Notes under the pieces: model-generated
The model's database searches: none
Told to the model about the DNA's origin: nothing
What the model saw: the letters and a program-made list of their open reading frames with translations, nothing else
Assembly: GCF_001194135.2 (NCBI RefSeq)
Contig: NC_068989.1
Location: forward strand, 58,891,082-58,955,081
Reading direction: 5' to 3'
Length of the DNA: 64,000 bases
DNA from: Octopus bimaculoides
Taxonomy: Eukaryota
Shown here: positions 24,679 through 38,516 of the stretch, piece by piece
How the letters are laid out: the number at the start of each line of letters is the position of its first letter
How positions within the stretch are numbered: position 1 is the first letter of the stretch
Made by a program: the position numbers and the translations under genes

Positions 24679-25767
24679 CAGTCAACTTGATCTTTAAAAT
24701 GTATTATCTCTGTCTATCTAACTTGGAATAGACATTTAAATGAATTATGATATGATCTGCAAAACCAGTTTATTATCATTTGATAGATATTGGTCTAAGC
24801 TATGTTAGTTTATTATGAGAAATATATTCCTAAGTCAGATGATAAATCCTTGAGTTCTACGATGAAAAGTGTTTTTACACGCGTTTCAAGTGGATTTTTA
24901 GAGAGACGTTTGAGTGCTTTTTTTTCATTGCTGAAAGGAATTAGAAAAACCACTCAAATATTCGGGGAGGAACGTTCAAGTTGTATGTGATAAGAAACAA
25001 CCTCTTCCTCTTTCTACTGCCCCATATTTCCACTTCGTCATTGATGCGGTGCTTTTACTACCAAATATCTTCCCCCACTACCATGTTTATTCTTCTTTTC
25101 GTAATTATATCTGCTCCAAGAGAAAGAGAATCTGATTGCTTCTCATTATATGCTTGTCTTTGCAGTTAGTATAACTCTAGCTGTTGAGATTTCTGGGTCA
25201 AGCACGTGCTTCTACAGTCGCTAGCCACTTATTACCACCCGTCTCATTTCATCTATTAATCTTCTTTACCCCAGCTCCTAATACGACCTTCGCTATGATC
25301 AACTCTTTGCAGTGCACCCATTTTCTTTCTAACATTCCCCTTCTCTTCAATCCCCGCACCCCAAACACCTAACTCGACTTATAATTGTTCCTATGACCCC
25401 GGCCAAGCATATTTCCTCTCTTTTCAAACTGAAGGACTAAAAGTATTATTTCAGTATCGCGTTATACCCAGAAACAATCCTTAGTATTTGAGCTACCCTA
25501 CAAATATCGATTATTGTGAATCGAACAATTTATTTGATAAGAAAATAAGAAATTGCAATGAAAGGGTTCGGATATATCTCATGAAATACATCTTTAGTTA
25601 AGCAGACTGTAATCTGAGTGTTACATATTCGACACACACACGCTTGTGCACACGCGCGCGCACACACACGCACACACACACACAAGCACAAACACACGCG
25701 GGCGCGCGAACATAATCACACATATACTCACACACACACGCACGCGTGCAAACATATTTAAATGGAT

Positions 25768-25915
25768 GTGTGATTAAGAAGCTTGCTTTACACCCATGTA
25801 GTTTCGGGTTCAGTCCCACTGCATAGCAATTTAGGTGTGTCCTCTACTGTAGCTCCGGACCGACCAATGACTTGAGTGAATTTGGTAGCTTGGTAGTTTC
25901 ACGTGCAAGCCCGTG
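25768..25915 (+). mobile_element. SINE family B, 5' half (diverged)
   Basis: GATGTGTGATTAAGAAGCTTGCTT...GGGTTCAGTCCCACTGC...GAGTGAATTTGGTAG. Confidence 0.78.
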
Positions 25916-26773
25916 TATATATATATATTTGTGATGTCTTTGCAGCTTTATTAATAAAGTATATATANNNNNNNNNNNNNNNNNNNNNNNNNNNNNNNNN
26001 NNNNNNNNNNNNNNNNNNNNNNNNNNNNNNNNNNNNNNNNNNNNNNNNNNNNNNNNNNNNNNNNNNNNNNNNNNNNNNNNNNNNNNNNNNNNNNNNNNNN
26101 NNNNNNNNNNNNNNNNNNNNNNNNNNNNNNNNNNNNNNNNNNNNNNNNNNNNNNNNNNNNNNNNNNNNNNNNNNNNNNNNNNNNNNNNNNNNNNNNNNNN
26201 NNNNNNNNNNNNNNNNNNNNNNNNNNNNNNNNNNNNNNNNNNNNNNNNNNNNNNNNNNNNNNNNNNNNNNNNNNNNNNNNNNNNNNNNNNNNNNNNNNNN
26301 NNNNNNNNNNNNNNNNNNNNNNNNNNNNNNNNNNNNNNNNNNNNNNNNNNNNNNNNNNNNNNNNNNNNNNNNNNNNNNNNNNNNNNNNNNNNNNNNNNNN
26401 NNNNNNNNNNNNNNNNNNNNNNNNNNNNNNNNNNNNNNNNNNNNNNNNNNNNNNNNNNNNNNNNNNNNNNNNNNNNNNNNNNNNNNNNCAATCATCAAAG
26501 TTGCTCTAAAGACAAGTTTCACAACCATTCGCGATCTCTTTAAGTAATTTCACATTCACATTCACAACTTAGCAAAAACTGCGACAGAAACAGTCGCCTT
26601 TTTCCCCAGGATCTGAAAATGTTTCAGCTCTGAACTGTTGGTGTCTCTTTAAAGAGTCTAAGTGAGAAAATAACGGAATATAATATTCCCAAATCAGAGT
26701 CAGAGTTGCTGATACATAGATGAACATGTCAAAACCCATCCAAAGAAAAAAATCCAGCCGATGGAGTTATTTG

Positions 26774-26810
<37 letters not shown>

Positions 26811-27679
26811 GCATACATATAGGCACAATATATGCATTCATACACGTAACTACGTATATGTGTTTATGTGCGTCTGTTTGTGAGTCATGATTTTTGTAAT
26901 AGACTCCTTTTCAAAGCTCCCTCGCATTAAATCTCACCAATTGAAAACAGTAAATTAAATTAAACAAATCTCAGTAATGTATGTCATTTGAATTACCCTT
27001 ATTTTTAGATTACGTTCGTTATTTTAAAGTTGTTGCCTTTTTATAATGTTTCCCCTTTTCTCCATTTTCCTTCGTTATTATTATTTTTTGCATCATTAAT
27101 TTTAGTATTATTTTTTTTTATATATATCTTACATGAAAACTCTAAATAATGATACAAGAACCATTGTGAGAAAATAATTTCAATTGAAGTATTTACTTTT
27201 GCCAACTAACCTCCTAAGTTCTAAACTAACTATTTAGTATTGTTGTGTCGTTCATCATTTAACCTACTTTTACTAACTGTAGACGTGTTTTTTAGACTCC
27301 ATTTCAAAACGATCCCAGTTTCTGAAACAATGAAGTTTCGTTCTATTACGGAAATATTTCAATTTATGACCAGCATGTGAAATGTGTCACCTAAATTCCA
27401 CATGACTCTCGATACTATGTACTTTACATAAAGTGGAAGAGATTGTGATGGGATTATTTTACAAAACAGTAAACCACCGTTCTTCATCTCGCCAGGTCAG
27501 CACTGTAATCTTAAAGAGTCCCTGTTTGTGAAATGTTCCGTTCGTGTTCTGCTGGCATGTAAGCTGAAATTACGTGGACACGAGTAAACAAATGAAAGTA
27601 CTTCTATATCATGATATTAAGTGAAAGATAAGATATTCCTTTTCTGATGGACTTTCAGAAATGTACTATTACTGTTTAG

Positions 27680-28515
27680 GGATCTTTTTGGTTTGACGGG
27701 CAACACTTGTTTTCTTAACGAAACACTTTCAAACTTGGGATACTGGTAGAATGTGTCATATAAAACATCTTTTTCTCTTAGCCTTCTTAACAAAAATTAC
27801 TTCTTAATAAGTTATTTCATGTTAAAGTTGTCGTATTTGTGTAATTTCAACCAATCACTGACGTCTATTCAGCTGAATACAGTTACTGCTCTTTTTATAA
27901 ACAATAATTTTTACCGGTGTTAAGAGTGTTATTCCCTGTTTAATTATATCATTATTCCCTAGTAAGGGTTTAGGGTTTTAGGGTTAGGGTTCGGGTTTTA
28001 GAGTTAGAGTTAGGGTTTTAGGGTTAGGGCTGGGGTTAGGGTTAGGGTTAAGGTTATGGCAAAAATAATCATAACCCTAACCGTAATCCTAAAACTAACC
28101 CTAACTCTAAAACCCGAACCCTAACCCTAAAACCCTAAAGCGAAAACCAGTACAAACGCACGAACGATGTCATAAATAACAGTGACAAACGAAATATATA
28201 CCGCTGATAGTTGTTGTTGACAACGGATAGTTTTTGTTGACAAACAACGGCACTAATTTTATTCAAGGGAAAAGATCCTCTGACACCGTTGTTTACATTC
28301 CACGGCGTAATTATTTTCACCTCAATAGACGTCAGTGATTGGTTGAAATTACCGAAATACGAAAATTTTTTACATGAAATAACTTCGAATACAAAATTTT
28401 TAATCTCTTCTATAACACAAAATATACAAGTATTCGAAGTTTGAAAGTGTTTTGGTACCAAAAACACTACATAAAACACAAATGAAAAATGTTGCCCGTC
28501 AAACCAAAAAGATCC
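27680..28515. mobile_element. Non-autonomous TIR element, Merlin-like (5'-GG termini, 8-bp TSD), foldback architecture
   Basis: Perfect 26-bp TIR GGATCTTTTTGGTTTGACGGGCAACA (27680-27705; rc at 28490-28515); TSD CTGTTTAG at 27672-27679 and 28516-28523; nested internal inverted repeats including a perfect 29-mer (27841-27869 vs 28324-28352). Confidence 0.85.
27965..28139. repeat. Head-to-head telomere-like arrays (TTAGGG)n then (CCCTAA)n
   Basis: G-rich array about 27965-28057, 13-nt spacer, C-rich array 28071-28139; 27969-28007 is the exact reverse complement of 28101-28139 (39/39), including TTTTAGGG, TTCGGG and TTAGAG variants. Confidence 0.95.
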
Positions 28516-29466
28516 CTGTTTAGCTATTGACTTAGTGAAATGGAGAAAGATGCATCTGCACCAAATTAAAATCTATAGAGCGTAGCAGTTTCATAATATT
28601 TCTGTAGTAACTGAGGCAAACAGAATGTAGGAGATATACTTCAAGGTTATCATTGGATATGGTGAAAGAAAAGAAAGGGGATGGTCATGGATGAAACGTC
28701 TTTCATTATAGGTCTGCTTGTCCAGGGCTAATCTGGGGCTAAACAACAAAAACTACGAATTTCTAGCAACTCCCGTGTGTTAGAATTGTATGTAACAACT
28801 GTCCACAGTCTACTGGCACCATACAGCTTACACTATGTTCTGGAGGTTACAAGTCCTTTCCTTATACTGTACTGTGTTATACTTCTGCCTACTCCCACAA
28901 AAGGACACTTTTACACAGTACATCAGTTTTTTAATAGTCTTTATTCGATCTTTTATTGTAACTCCAATGAGGTGCAGTGACTCCAGCTATTATTAATTTT
29001 CAAAGACGTAATGATGCAGTAATCCCGCACATATCCCATAATCAACATGGTATGTGCCATGTCTATCATCTTACTCGAAGAAAGTCGACAGAAGGTGATG
29101 AACACGACACATTCTAAGTACAATCCAAAACAAGTGTTAACATGTATCTTTGTAACATTTCTGAGTATGATTAAGTTCTTTTTACTAATTGCTGGTTTTG
29201 AGAAGAAGCTATGTGCTATGACAGAGAGGAGAGGTCATTGAGAAGAAGCAGCACACCTGTTGACCAAATGGTTAAATACCAATAATTGGGTGGTTCTCTT
29301 CTAGATGTGGTCTAGGATTCCTGGGTGTGCAGCAGCAGTATCGTCTTAAGTCTAAGAACAATACCCAATTAAGCTTTGTAGAGAATTAATAATTGTTGGA
29401 AGCTGACATATCTTCTGGCACTAAAGGGAAAGACCAGTCGCTGGGATGTAATCCTAGCTATGTTAG

Positions 29467-29745
29467 CCCTTTAGCATTCAGATTACTTTGTCAAATGTAA
29501 TGCCTATGCAATTGCACTGCTTTGAATTAATCATGTAGTAAATCTTAGCTTTGAGGACTTTGTTCTTTTCTGTTATTCTTTTACTAGTTTCAGTCACCAC
29601 CTTTAGTCGAACAAATCGCCCCCAAGGCTTATTCTTTGTAATCCTACTACTTATTCTATCGTTAAGTTATGGGGACGTAAACACACCAGCATCGGTTGTC
29701 AAGTGACGGTGAGGGAGAACACAATCAAACACACACACACATACA

Positions 29746-29803
<58 letters not shown>

Positions 29804-30122
29804 ACGGGCTTCTTTCAGTTCCAGTCTATCAAATCCACTCACAAGGATTTGGTCAGCCCGAGGCTTTAGTAGAAGACACTTACCTAAGATGCCACACAGT
29901 GGGGCTGAACCCGGAATCATGTGTTTGGGAACCAAGCTTCTTACCACACAGACACTCCTGTTAAGATTATTTTAATAGTAACATTATATGGTAGGTGTGT
30001 GAGACCGGATTTGGCTGGTTTGAACATAAAACTGCTAGAATATTTGGGCCAGAAATGGCTGGTTTGAACATAAAACTGCTAGAATATTTGGGCCAGAAAT
30101 GGCTGGTTGAAATGCTAAAGGG
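29467..30122. mobile_element. piggyBac-like MITE interrupted by a SINE
   Basis: 12-bp TIR CCCTTTAGCATT and AATGCTAAAGGG; flanks TTAG (left, 1 mismatch) and TTAA (right); internal perfect 44-bp tandem duplication 30013-30100. Confidence 0.75.
29576..29961 (-). mobile_element. SINE family B, near full length, with internal (CA)n
   Basis: Colinear with the 62275-62594 copy: head rc ...AAGCTTCTTACCACACAG.CACTCCTG, AGAAGACACTT.CC.AAG core, ACACACCAGCATCGGTTGTCAAG block. Confidence 0.88.
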
Positions 30123-31717
30123 TTAAGGTTGTGCTTTCACCAAGAGAAAACGTTGGTGATGTCAATTAGGGTGATATTGAAAGCACTAGTTGAATGCTGT
30201 TCATCATTCGATGATGGTTTGTAGATATGGTAGCGTTTGTTTTTTCTTGATGTTGAAAGAGTCAAGACATACATACCAAGATTGAAGGATACTTTCGAGG
30301 TCTCAGTTCAGGAGACCTGTGCGTGTTCAGCATCTTAGCAGCAAATAGCTGATGTATGATTATAGAATATAAGTGAGGAATGAAAGGTAGTGCTTCGTGT
30401 GAATACAAGCGACTGAAATGGCATTCTTCCGAAGGATCCCTGGAGTACATAACGCGTTAACAAAGAGTTTTTTTTTTCAGTGGAATACCGTTGTGCAGAA
30501 TATATCAATGGTTTTTGAACCAATGCTGTAAGTTCAGAGTAATGTAAACAACTTATCTTTATCAAGTAGCTTATATACTAAGATTGCTCTATTTAAGCAA
30601 AAAGCGATGTCCCCATAAGCAATCTTCGATCAAATCTCTACACAGGATTGAAACTAGTTCGGCTGTGCCCTCTTCTTCTACCCACGAAGATATTGTATAT
30701 AAAGACAAGGTGTTTACATTCGTCTGTCCCAATCCACTGTATTTGAAATACAGAAGACTGTATTTGAAATAAAACACTAATTGAATATAGACGAAGGACA
30801 ACAGTTGTAGCATCATTTAAAAGAGTATCAAAAATAGCAACAGCAATGACATCAGCATCTTAAAAGCACATTAGCATTAAAAAGCATGATATGGCAGAAA
30901 CAAAACTGAAAAAGTGTGTGGGTAGTTAAGAAAAAAAAGAAAAAGAAGTATCTGACCGACCATAGAAAATATGACTCAAGAAAGTTATGGCTGCGAAGCA
31001 CAGAAATTGTGAATCTAACAGAATTAGAAAAAAGGAGTAGACGATGTGGTGAGATCTCGTAACGAGAAAACGAAATTGTGTGTCACTGAAAAGTGAATTA
31101 TGAATATATGTTATAAAAATACGGTAGCTGACAACGTGCTTTTTAAAAGTGTATGTGGGGGTGGTTCTTGAAGATGTATTTCCGAAGCAAAACCAGTGCA
31201 TATATTTAATTATGTATATATCCACCTGCTACACGTCGTCAAAACAAGCTTTTCTTTGGTGTCATAATTTTCTTGCCGTCGCTTAGCTCCCATACATGCT
31301 TATAAATACATACAACATACACATCTCAACACATTCGAAGAGACGCGCACAGTAGATAAACACACACACATATATGTATAAACATATGCACGCATATGCA
31401 CAAAACTACTTCTAAACTGTCGAGATCAAACATGTTTCACTCCCACATAGGCACGAAACTTTTTTCGTGATACAATTCATAGAATTATGAAAATAGAAGC
31501 ATACAGCAGGCAATTAAAATATATCTGCACTACCATATATAATAAGATACACATATACACACACGTATAGCGATGTATGCAATCATATGTAAATTTATAT
31601 TTATATATGGATCTATTTCTTTGTGAACTCGCTTTCAGTAGCCACTTCTATTTATTTTACTTTCAATGCCTTATTTGCAGCCTAAAATTTATCTCAATGT
31701 TTTATATATATTTCGCT

Positions 31718-31727
<10 letters not shown>

Positions 31728-31786
<59 letters not shown>

Positions 31787-31800
31787 TTTCCCGTCCGTTC

Positions 31801-31832
<32 letters not shown>

Positions 31833-31850
31833 TTCTGTCTGTCTTTCTCG
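31728..31850. repeat. (TCTA)n/(TCTG)n tetranucleotide repeat
   Basis: Direct inspection. Confidence 0.93.
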
Positions 31851-33974
31851 CACTTTCCCTCTCACCTCATCTGTCTCTAAATTTTTGTTGGTCAGAAACT
31901 GTTAATTTGACCATCCATTCAACTGAAATTTTATGTCCCATTTAAAAAAAAAAATTGTTTGTCTTTATTTTATCTGTATCACAATATCGCACATCTGTTT
32001 CATCAATAGATAATATTTGGAATAATATTTTACGGTAAGCAAAATAAGAAAACTTACAATTACTTTTTAACAAAGTCTAAATATGTAACCAGCATTTTGA
32101 AAAATCATCACTTCCCCGATTCTTTCATTTTATGAATGAAAATCTTGGAACGAGAGTAGGTTTTGATGTTAATGCATTGCTTCTTTCACAATGTAGAGCT
32201 TAATGTAATTTTCTTCTTCTGCTGCTGCATGAGAATAGCCTTGTTTGACACAACAATTGTCTCCACCCTACCTTCAGAACCAATGCTCTGTTAACCTTTT
32301 CCCTACTTCAGCGCTATCAGAATGCTTTACCATACCCGACCTTTTAGTTGCTGTTGTTGTTTCTAATATCTATTTCAAGATGTCATTATCGTAGCTTCGT
32401 CTCATAAATCGCAAGAAGCGAACCGAAATTGATGCAACTCAAGGAGGAACAAATGGAAGGAAAAAAAAACTAAACAAAATAACATGAGATATCAGGTTCA
32501 AAGACTATCATGGAGCGTTGCCAATGTTAGATCCTGGCATATCGTTTTCAGCTAAAAAATAAAAAAAGTAGGTGAGAAGCTTGCTTTTTTTCTTTTCCTT
32601 CATCAAGAAAGTTCATAAAATTACTGATATGAAAATATGTAAATATATACATGTATATATTTACAAATATAAATAACTCATCTACTCATTCTCTCTCTCT
32701 TTCTTTCTCCCTCTCTCTCTTTCTGTCTCTCTCTCACACACACATACCTACACATAAGCAAACACATACGTTCATATATATGCAGTCACATCAGAGAAGA
32801 AAAAAAAAAGACACTTTAGAATCGTTGATAATTTAAAAGACGAAAATACGTATAATCACTCTTCAATAGCTTGGCACGATTGTTCATCATTGAAACCACA
32901 CCTCTGAAGTAAAGAGACTTACATATAAATTGGAGATACTTCTGATGTGCGAGCTTCAATATAGAAGAAACAGCATAAATTCCATTTACATCTTCCATCT
33001 ATTGACTGTACTACCTTAACTATTGGCAAAGTACTTTTAAAGTTCGTAGATTACTTACAATCGCTGATATAATAATATATTTTTCCAGTCGATGTAAAAA
33101 AAAAGAAAAAAAAAAGGAAGAAAATAAAACGCTTTTTAAAACATCTCAATATTGTTGAGAACTAGCCAGCATGTCGCACATTTTAACATCTATCTAGAAT
33201 ATTATTCATCCACTCCTTTTCCTCGTGATGAATATCATTCCCATTATTAATCAACATCACATATTTTCAGTGAACCTTTTTGAAGAGGAAGAGCAGTGCG
33301 CATGGCATGTATATGATCTCCATATTTGGTAAGGTCAATGTAGTTATTGTTCCGTTGGAGCTTTTCAAGGTCGCTGTCCGAAATAAATTAATCTATAATA
33401 AAATCTTAGGCTAGCTAGCAACCTAGGATATAAATTGCTAAGTGTTACAGCTCCGGATAGAAGAGCAAATTTGCGAAATTTGGAAGGTGAAACAGTCAAT
33501 ATGAAATGAGGAGAGGCAGATAATTCGACAAGGCCTGGTTGGAAAGTGCATGCAATAGCTTGTGTAGAAGAGCACTTCAAAAGAAACTGTAATAGATTAT
33601 TGGATATCAATACAGTCTAGGACGTACGTGTGAGTCGCAACTGCATCAGACACATTTATTGAACACTGTGGCAAAAAAAAAATTGCTTTTTGCCTCTATA
33701 TGGTTGCGGCTTTGATTGATTCTTCTGTGCAGCATCCCTTCGTTTGTGTGTGTGTGGGGGGGTGTAGCACCAGGTGTTACATCGATAACAATAAACACTT
33801 GTGTGACATAATGTAACCTAGAGATCCGACAAATAGAGTTCAATAAAATGAATACCAGACTGAAATAAGTACCAGATTCATTGTGATCGGATAAAACCCC
33901 AGGAAACGTTGCTTCAGCATGGCCATACTCCGCTCACTGAAACTAGTAGGGCTAACTAAAATTTCGTGAATGAA

Positions 33975-34290
33975 TTTGGTGGTCAGAAACTGAAAGGAGT
34001 TCATCGTTTATATGTATATGTACGCACGCGTGCGTGTCTGTGCTTGTGTGTGAGTGTACGTATGCGTGTGCGTTTGTTTTTTGCCCCTACCACCGTTGGA
34101 TAACCGGTGTTGGTTTGTTTACATCTCCGTAACCCAGCTGTTCGGTATAAGAGACCGGTAGAATAAGTACCAAGCTTAAAAAAATAAATACTGGAGTCGA
34201 TTTGTTCGACTAAACCATTCAAGGCGGTACCCTAGTATGGCCGCAATTCAATGACTGAAGCAAGTAAAAGATAAACGATAAAAGATAAAA
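33975..34290 (+). mobile_element. SINE family B, 3' two-thirds with (AAAAGAT)-type tail
   Basis: GAATTTGGTGGTCAGAAACTGAAAG...GAATAAGTACCAAGCTT...GTCGATTTGTTCGACTAAA...ATGGCCGCAATTCAATGACTGAAGCAAGTAAAAGATAAA. Confidence 0.82.
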
Positions 34291-36106
34291 ACCTCGTATT
34301 CAGAACAGTTTTGAAGCTGCTGTATATGTGAGACTCTTGTCAGATCATTAGAGATCATGAAGAATAGCATTTTTGGTGACTTTCAAAGTTTTATACATGT
34401 GTAACGCAGAAGAGAATGGCTTACAGAAGTCTTTCCTATGTAGATTGATAACTGTTGAAGGACGCTGTTAGTCGTGTCAACAGTGAAAGATTATTTCGAC
34501 GTCACTCTTTACGACAGCAGTTGAAGATGGTATAAGGTGTCTTGGTGGTGTGTAGATGATGGTTAAGGTTGAGCGAAGGGTGTTATTAAATGCGTAAGAG
34601 TGTGTGTGTGTTTGTGTATGCGTGTAAGTGCGTGTGTGTCTGAATGTGAGCGGTTTGAAGGGAGAAAATAATTAATGTGCAGATTGAAGAGAGTAGAAGA
34701 TGTCACCGACTGTAAGGGTACCGCCAACCCATGCTGTGTTGGGAAAGGTTTGACAGGAAACGTCCGATTTAAGAAATGAAAATGGATTTAATTTGGTGAG
34801 ATTTCACGCAGGAAATATTCGCAAATTTACTTGGGAAAAGTTGGTTTGGCGAATTTGGTATTCACTGGGTTAATTTTGGTGGTTGGGTGGGGTCATCAAT
34901 AATAATATCAAGTTATACAATAACAAAAACGGGGACGGGATGGAAATGAATGGATTTCAACAATTTGAAAAAGTGAAAAAAAAAAAAAGAATATGCGTAA
35001 AAAGACGAAGATATATTTTCGTTATTTCCTTCACTTCTTCCCTTTCCTCTACTTTCTCCTCTTTTCTGTTCTGCCTCCTCTCTCTACGTTAGTTTAGCTG
35101 CCACTCTATGGATGATAGTTGTACAAACATTAAACTGAAACTACACAGCGGCCAATTCCGGCAGCTAACAGGTGGCTGGCTGGCAGCCTGCTCAGGAATT
35201 GGGACAAACATTACAGCACCTCTTCCTGCTAATCCTAATTCCTACCCATTTATATTTTACTCTTATCAACTTCTCTATTTCGCTCTGTTTGCAACTTAGG
35301 AGTCCCTCATCTTTTTTATAGCTCATTTCTGCCCAAGCCTTTCTCTTTTATCGTTATCTATATGACATAGCCTTGCCTACTCTCTCTCTCCTCTTTCCCC
35401 ACATCTCTGATTACATCTTCTTTAAATTCATTATATTTTTATTTAGCACTTAATCTTTTGCTTTTCCTGAAGAAATATCTAAAGGAAGTTTTTTAGAATA
35501 TTAAAGAACTCAACTAAAGCTGTCACTTTTACTTTAAAACCTACATTTCTCCCAAACATTTTTTTTATGTGTATTTAAGTCTACACTAGTTTGGTTATAT
35601 AGTTTCTCATTTAGCAGCTTCCAGTGCCCCACCCTCAAGTCGCTTAACTGTTTTACTACTATACCCTACACTCTTTCATCCACTTTCGTTGAAACGGTTC
35701 ACCACTGTTACTCCTTCTGTGTTTTCTTTCTACCTCTCTTCTCCTTCCTCAACTCCATCCACTACTCAAACTCTCCGTCTACTACTATCACTCTCTCAAC
35801 CTGTCACCAATCACAGTAATACGAACAACTTGAAGATAAGACCACGTAACAGGCGTCTCAGATAACGGAGAGAAGTACTATCGACGTTGAACAGATTAAG
35901 TTATAACGCTTATGACCAAACACCGTGTGTGTGTGTTTGTATGCATGTGCATCTATGTATACGTATATATGTGTAAATATGAATATATATCTATATATAT
36001 GTATACATACATAGATAGATACATACATACATACACACACACACGTACATATATATCTATATCTATATCTAATCTATCTATCTATCTATCTATCATCTCT
36101 CCCCGC

Positions 36107-36144
<38 letters not shown>

Positions 36145-36230
36145 ATATATNNNNNNNNNNATATATGGGAGAATGTACGAAAAAAACAACAACAGACGAG
36201 GACAGGTGGTGTAAACAACAAAAGGATGTA

Positions 36231-36265
<35 letters not shown>

Positions 36266-36369
36266 GATACGGTTTCGTATCCATTTGTAAATGCGCTCTC
36301 ACAACAATTATATTACTTATACAAGTGTATACAGATAATATTGAGTATAATCCCTTTCCGCTTCTGATT

Positions 36370-36491
36370 GTTTGTATGTGTGTATGTATGTATGTATGTA
36401 TGTATGTATGTATGTATGTATGTATGTATGTATGTGTGTGTGTATGTATGTATGTATGTATGTATGTGGGTATGTGCAAGTATGTATGTGC

Positions 36492-36529
<38 letters not shown>

Positions 36530-36539
36530 NNNNNNNNNN

Positions 36540-36579
<40 letters not shown>

Positions 36580-36665
36580 CATACACACTATATATATATA
36601 TACACACTTCAGTGTGCGCGTGTGTGTGGGTGTGCATGTATGTGTGGGTGAGTATGTGTGTGTAT
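36370..36665. repeat. (TATG)n/(AT)n compound microsatellite
   Basis: Direct inspection. Confidence 0.93.
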
Positions 36666-37722
36666 AACTAGGTGCGTATATATGTGCATATGTGAAGATA
36701 AATTAACGGGCATGAAGAGACCAATTTAAGAGGGGGGAGCAGGGGGAGGAAGAGAAGCAAGAAAGGCTCAAATAAAAAGAAAGATAGAAAGGGGAGATAG
36801 CTTTGAGAACGTATATGTAAATATTTATAGATAAATGTTGAGGCTGTATATATACTTTACTCCCATTCTCTGTTTCCATTCACTATGCAATTGACACTCT
36901 CATACTGTAAATCACTCTTGTTCCATAAACGCACCACAGCAACACTCACACACATATACATACATACACATTGTAAATACTGTTATACTTTCACACAGAG
37001 ACATACTCTTGACACAATTACGTTTCTGCACACAACATACGGACACACTCATTCTACACAGTTACATATACACACATACATAGACTCACTCATTATAGAC
37101 ATAATTACACAACGCACACAGGCACACTTACGCAAACATTGACGCACACACACACAGACACTCACATACTCATTTATTTCAAATAGGAAATACATATATC
37201 TTGAAGAATTGCTCTAATACTCGGTATGGGGTAGGGAAGTTGAATAATAGGCAGTCAGTTACATTTATATAGCACAGCATTAATGGCTTTGGTCCCTCTT
37301 TTCCTCGCGGAACTTCAACATAAAACGCCAAACTCTTATCAAAGCTAAACAAGATCCGTGACATTTTGCCATACAGTTGTACAATGTCAAAGGGATATGT
37401 CATAAATTTTAATTTCTCCATTTCCTCTCATGGTTTTGTGATGGAGAATTATTAATTAATTTAACTATAATTATATTAAAACCTAACAATAATTTTAATT
37501 AATAAATATGTATTTATAATACTATACAATCAAAAATGTTTAAAGGATAGTTAAACTAATTGCTAACGATTATTAGAAAATAAAATTCGAAATATTTCAG
37601 TATTATATTGTTCGTAAATGTTTAAGAACGTTTTTCATAATACCAAACAAGCATCAGACAAATACGAAGAACAGTTCCTATTAAAGAACAAAAGTTTCAT
37701 TTTATTAAGTCGAATTCTTTAC

Positions 37723-37928
37723 GGGGTTATCTGACAAAATTGTTAACGCGTCCGTGGAAATTGCTTAGTGACATTTTTTCCGACTCTTTAATATTCTGAG
37801 TTCAAATACCACTAAGGTCAACTTTGCTATTCGAGGTCGATAAAATAAAGTACCAATTGAGTAGTGGGGTCGATGTAATCGACCAAATCTTCACGCTAGA
37901 ATTGCTAGCCTTGTACCAAAATCAGAAA
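37723..37928 (+). mobile_element. SINE family A (diverged)
   Basis: CTGACAAAATTGTTAACG head, GAGTTCAAATACC, GAGGTCGATAAAATAAAGTACCA core. Confidence 0.8.
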
Positions 37929-38516
37929 TCATTATGTATTTTTTTTTGCCGAAGCAGCATTTTAGCACGATCTATTATATTTTTGGTATTGCATTAAATT
38001 AAATTATAGATTTAATAATCAGTTAAGCAATTTATAGAATATAGTACTGTAAATAATATTTAAGTTAATAAATGTCTTTTAATTAAAGAAATACTACTGA
38101 TTTGATGGTAAGATGGAGGAAATATCAGCAAATTCATTAAAAGATTATTTTACCATGTTGCTGTTGCTTTACAGTATTTTTCTCATATAAAAAAAAAAAC
38201 AAAGGTTCCATGGCGCTCATGATTGACAGGCTTTTATGTTGAACAAGTCGAGAGACTTGGCAGGGTCCTGTTATTGACTATCACTCTTCTTTTTATATTG
38301 ATGTGATAACCGCAACAATTATAACTCTTGTACTCCAGCTGAATGTATTTAGGAGGTAACATGAATATGAACCTATAATATATTTTACCAGTCAAAGTCT
38401 GCTGTGAGATGTTACAGTATTCCAAGTCTCTCTTGATGAAGATTCCAAAATGCATCTTAGGGAGCATCACATATCTTAAATATTTTCCAAGAATTTAATG
38501 TAACTGTGGCTTTGTT

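Noticed and set aside
27965-28139. True ancestral chromosome end-to-end fusion site
   Set aside because: The arrays are short, mirror each other variant for variant, and lie inside a TIR/TSD-bounded element, which points to inverted duplication within a transposon rather than two independent telomeres.
37179-37421. 80-aa minus-strand ORF in unique AT-rich DNA
   Set aside because: No recognisable domain and no convincing splice pair; a few ORFs of this length are expected by chance in 64 kb.
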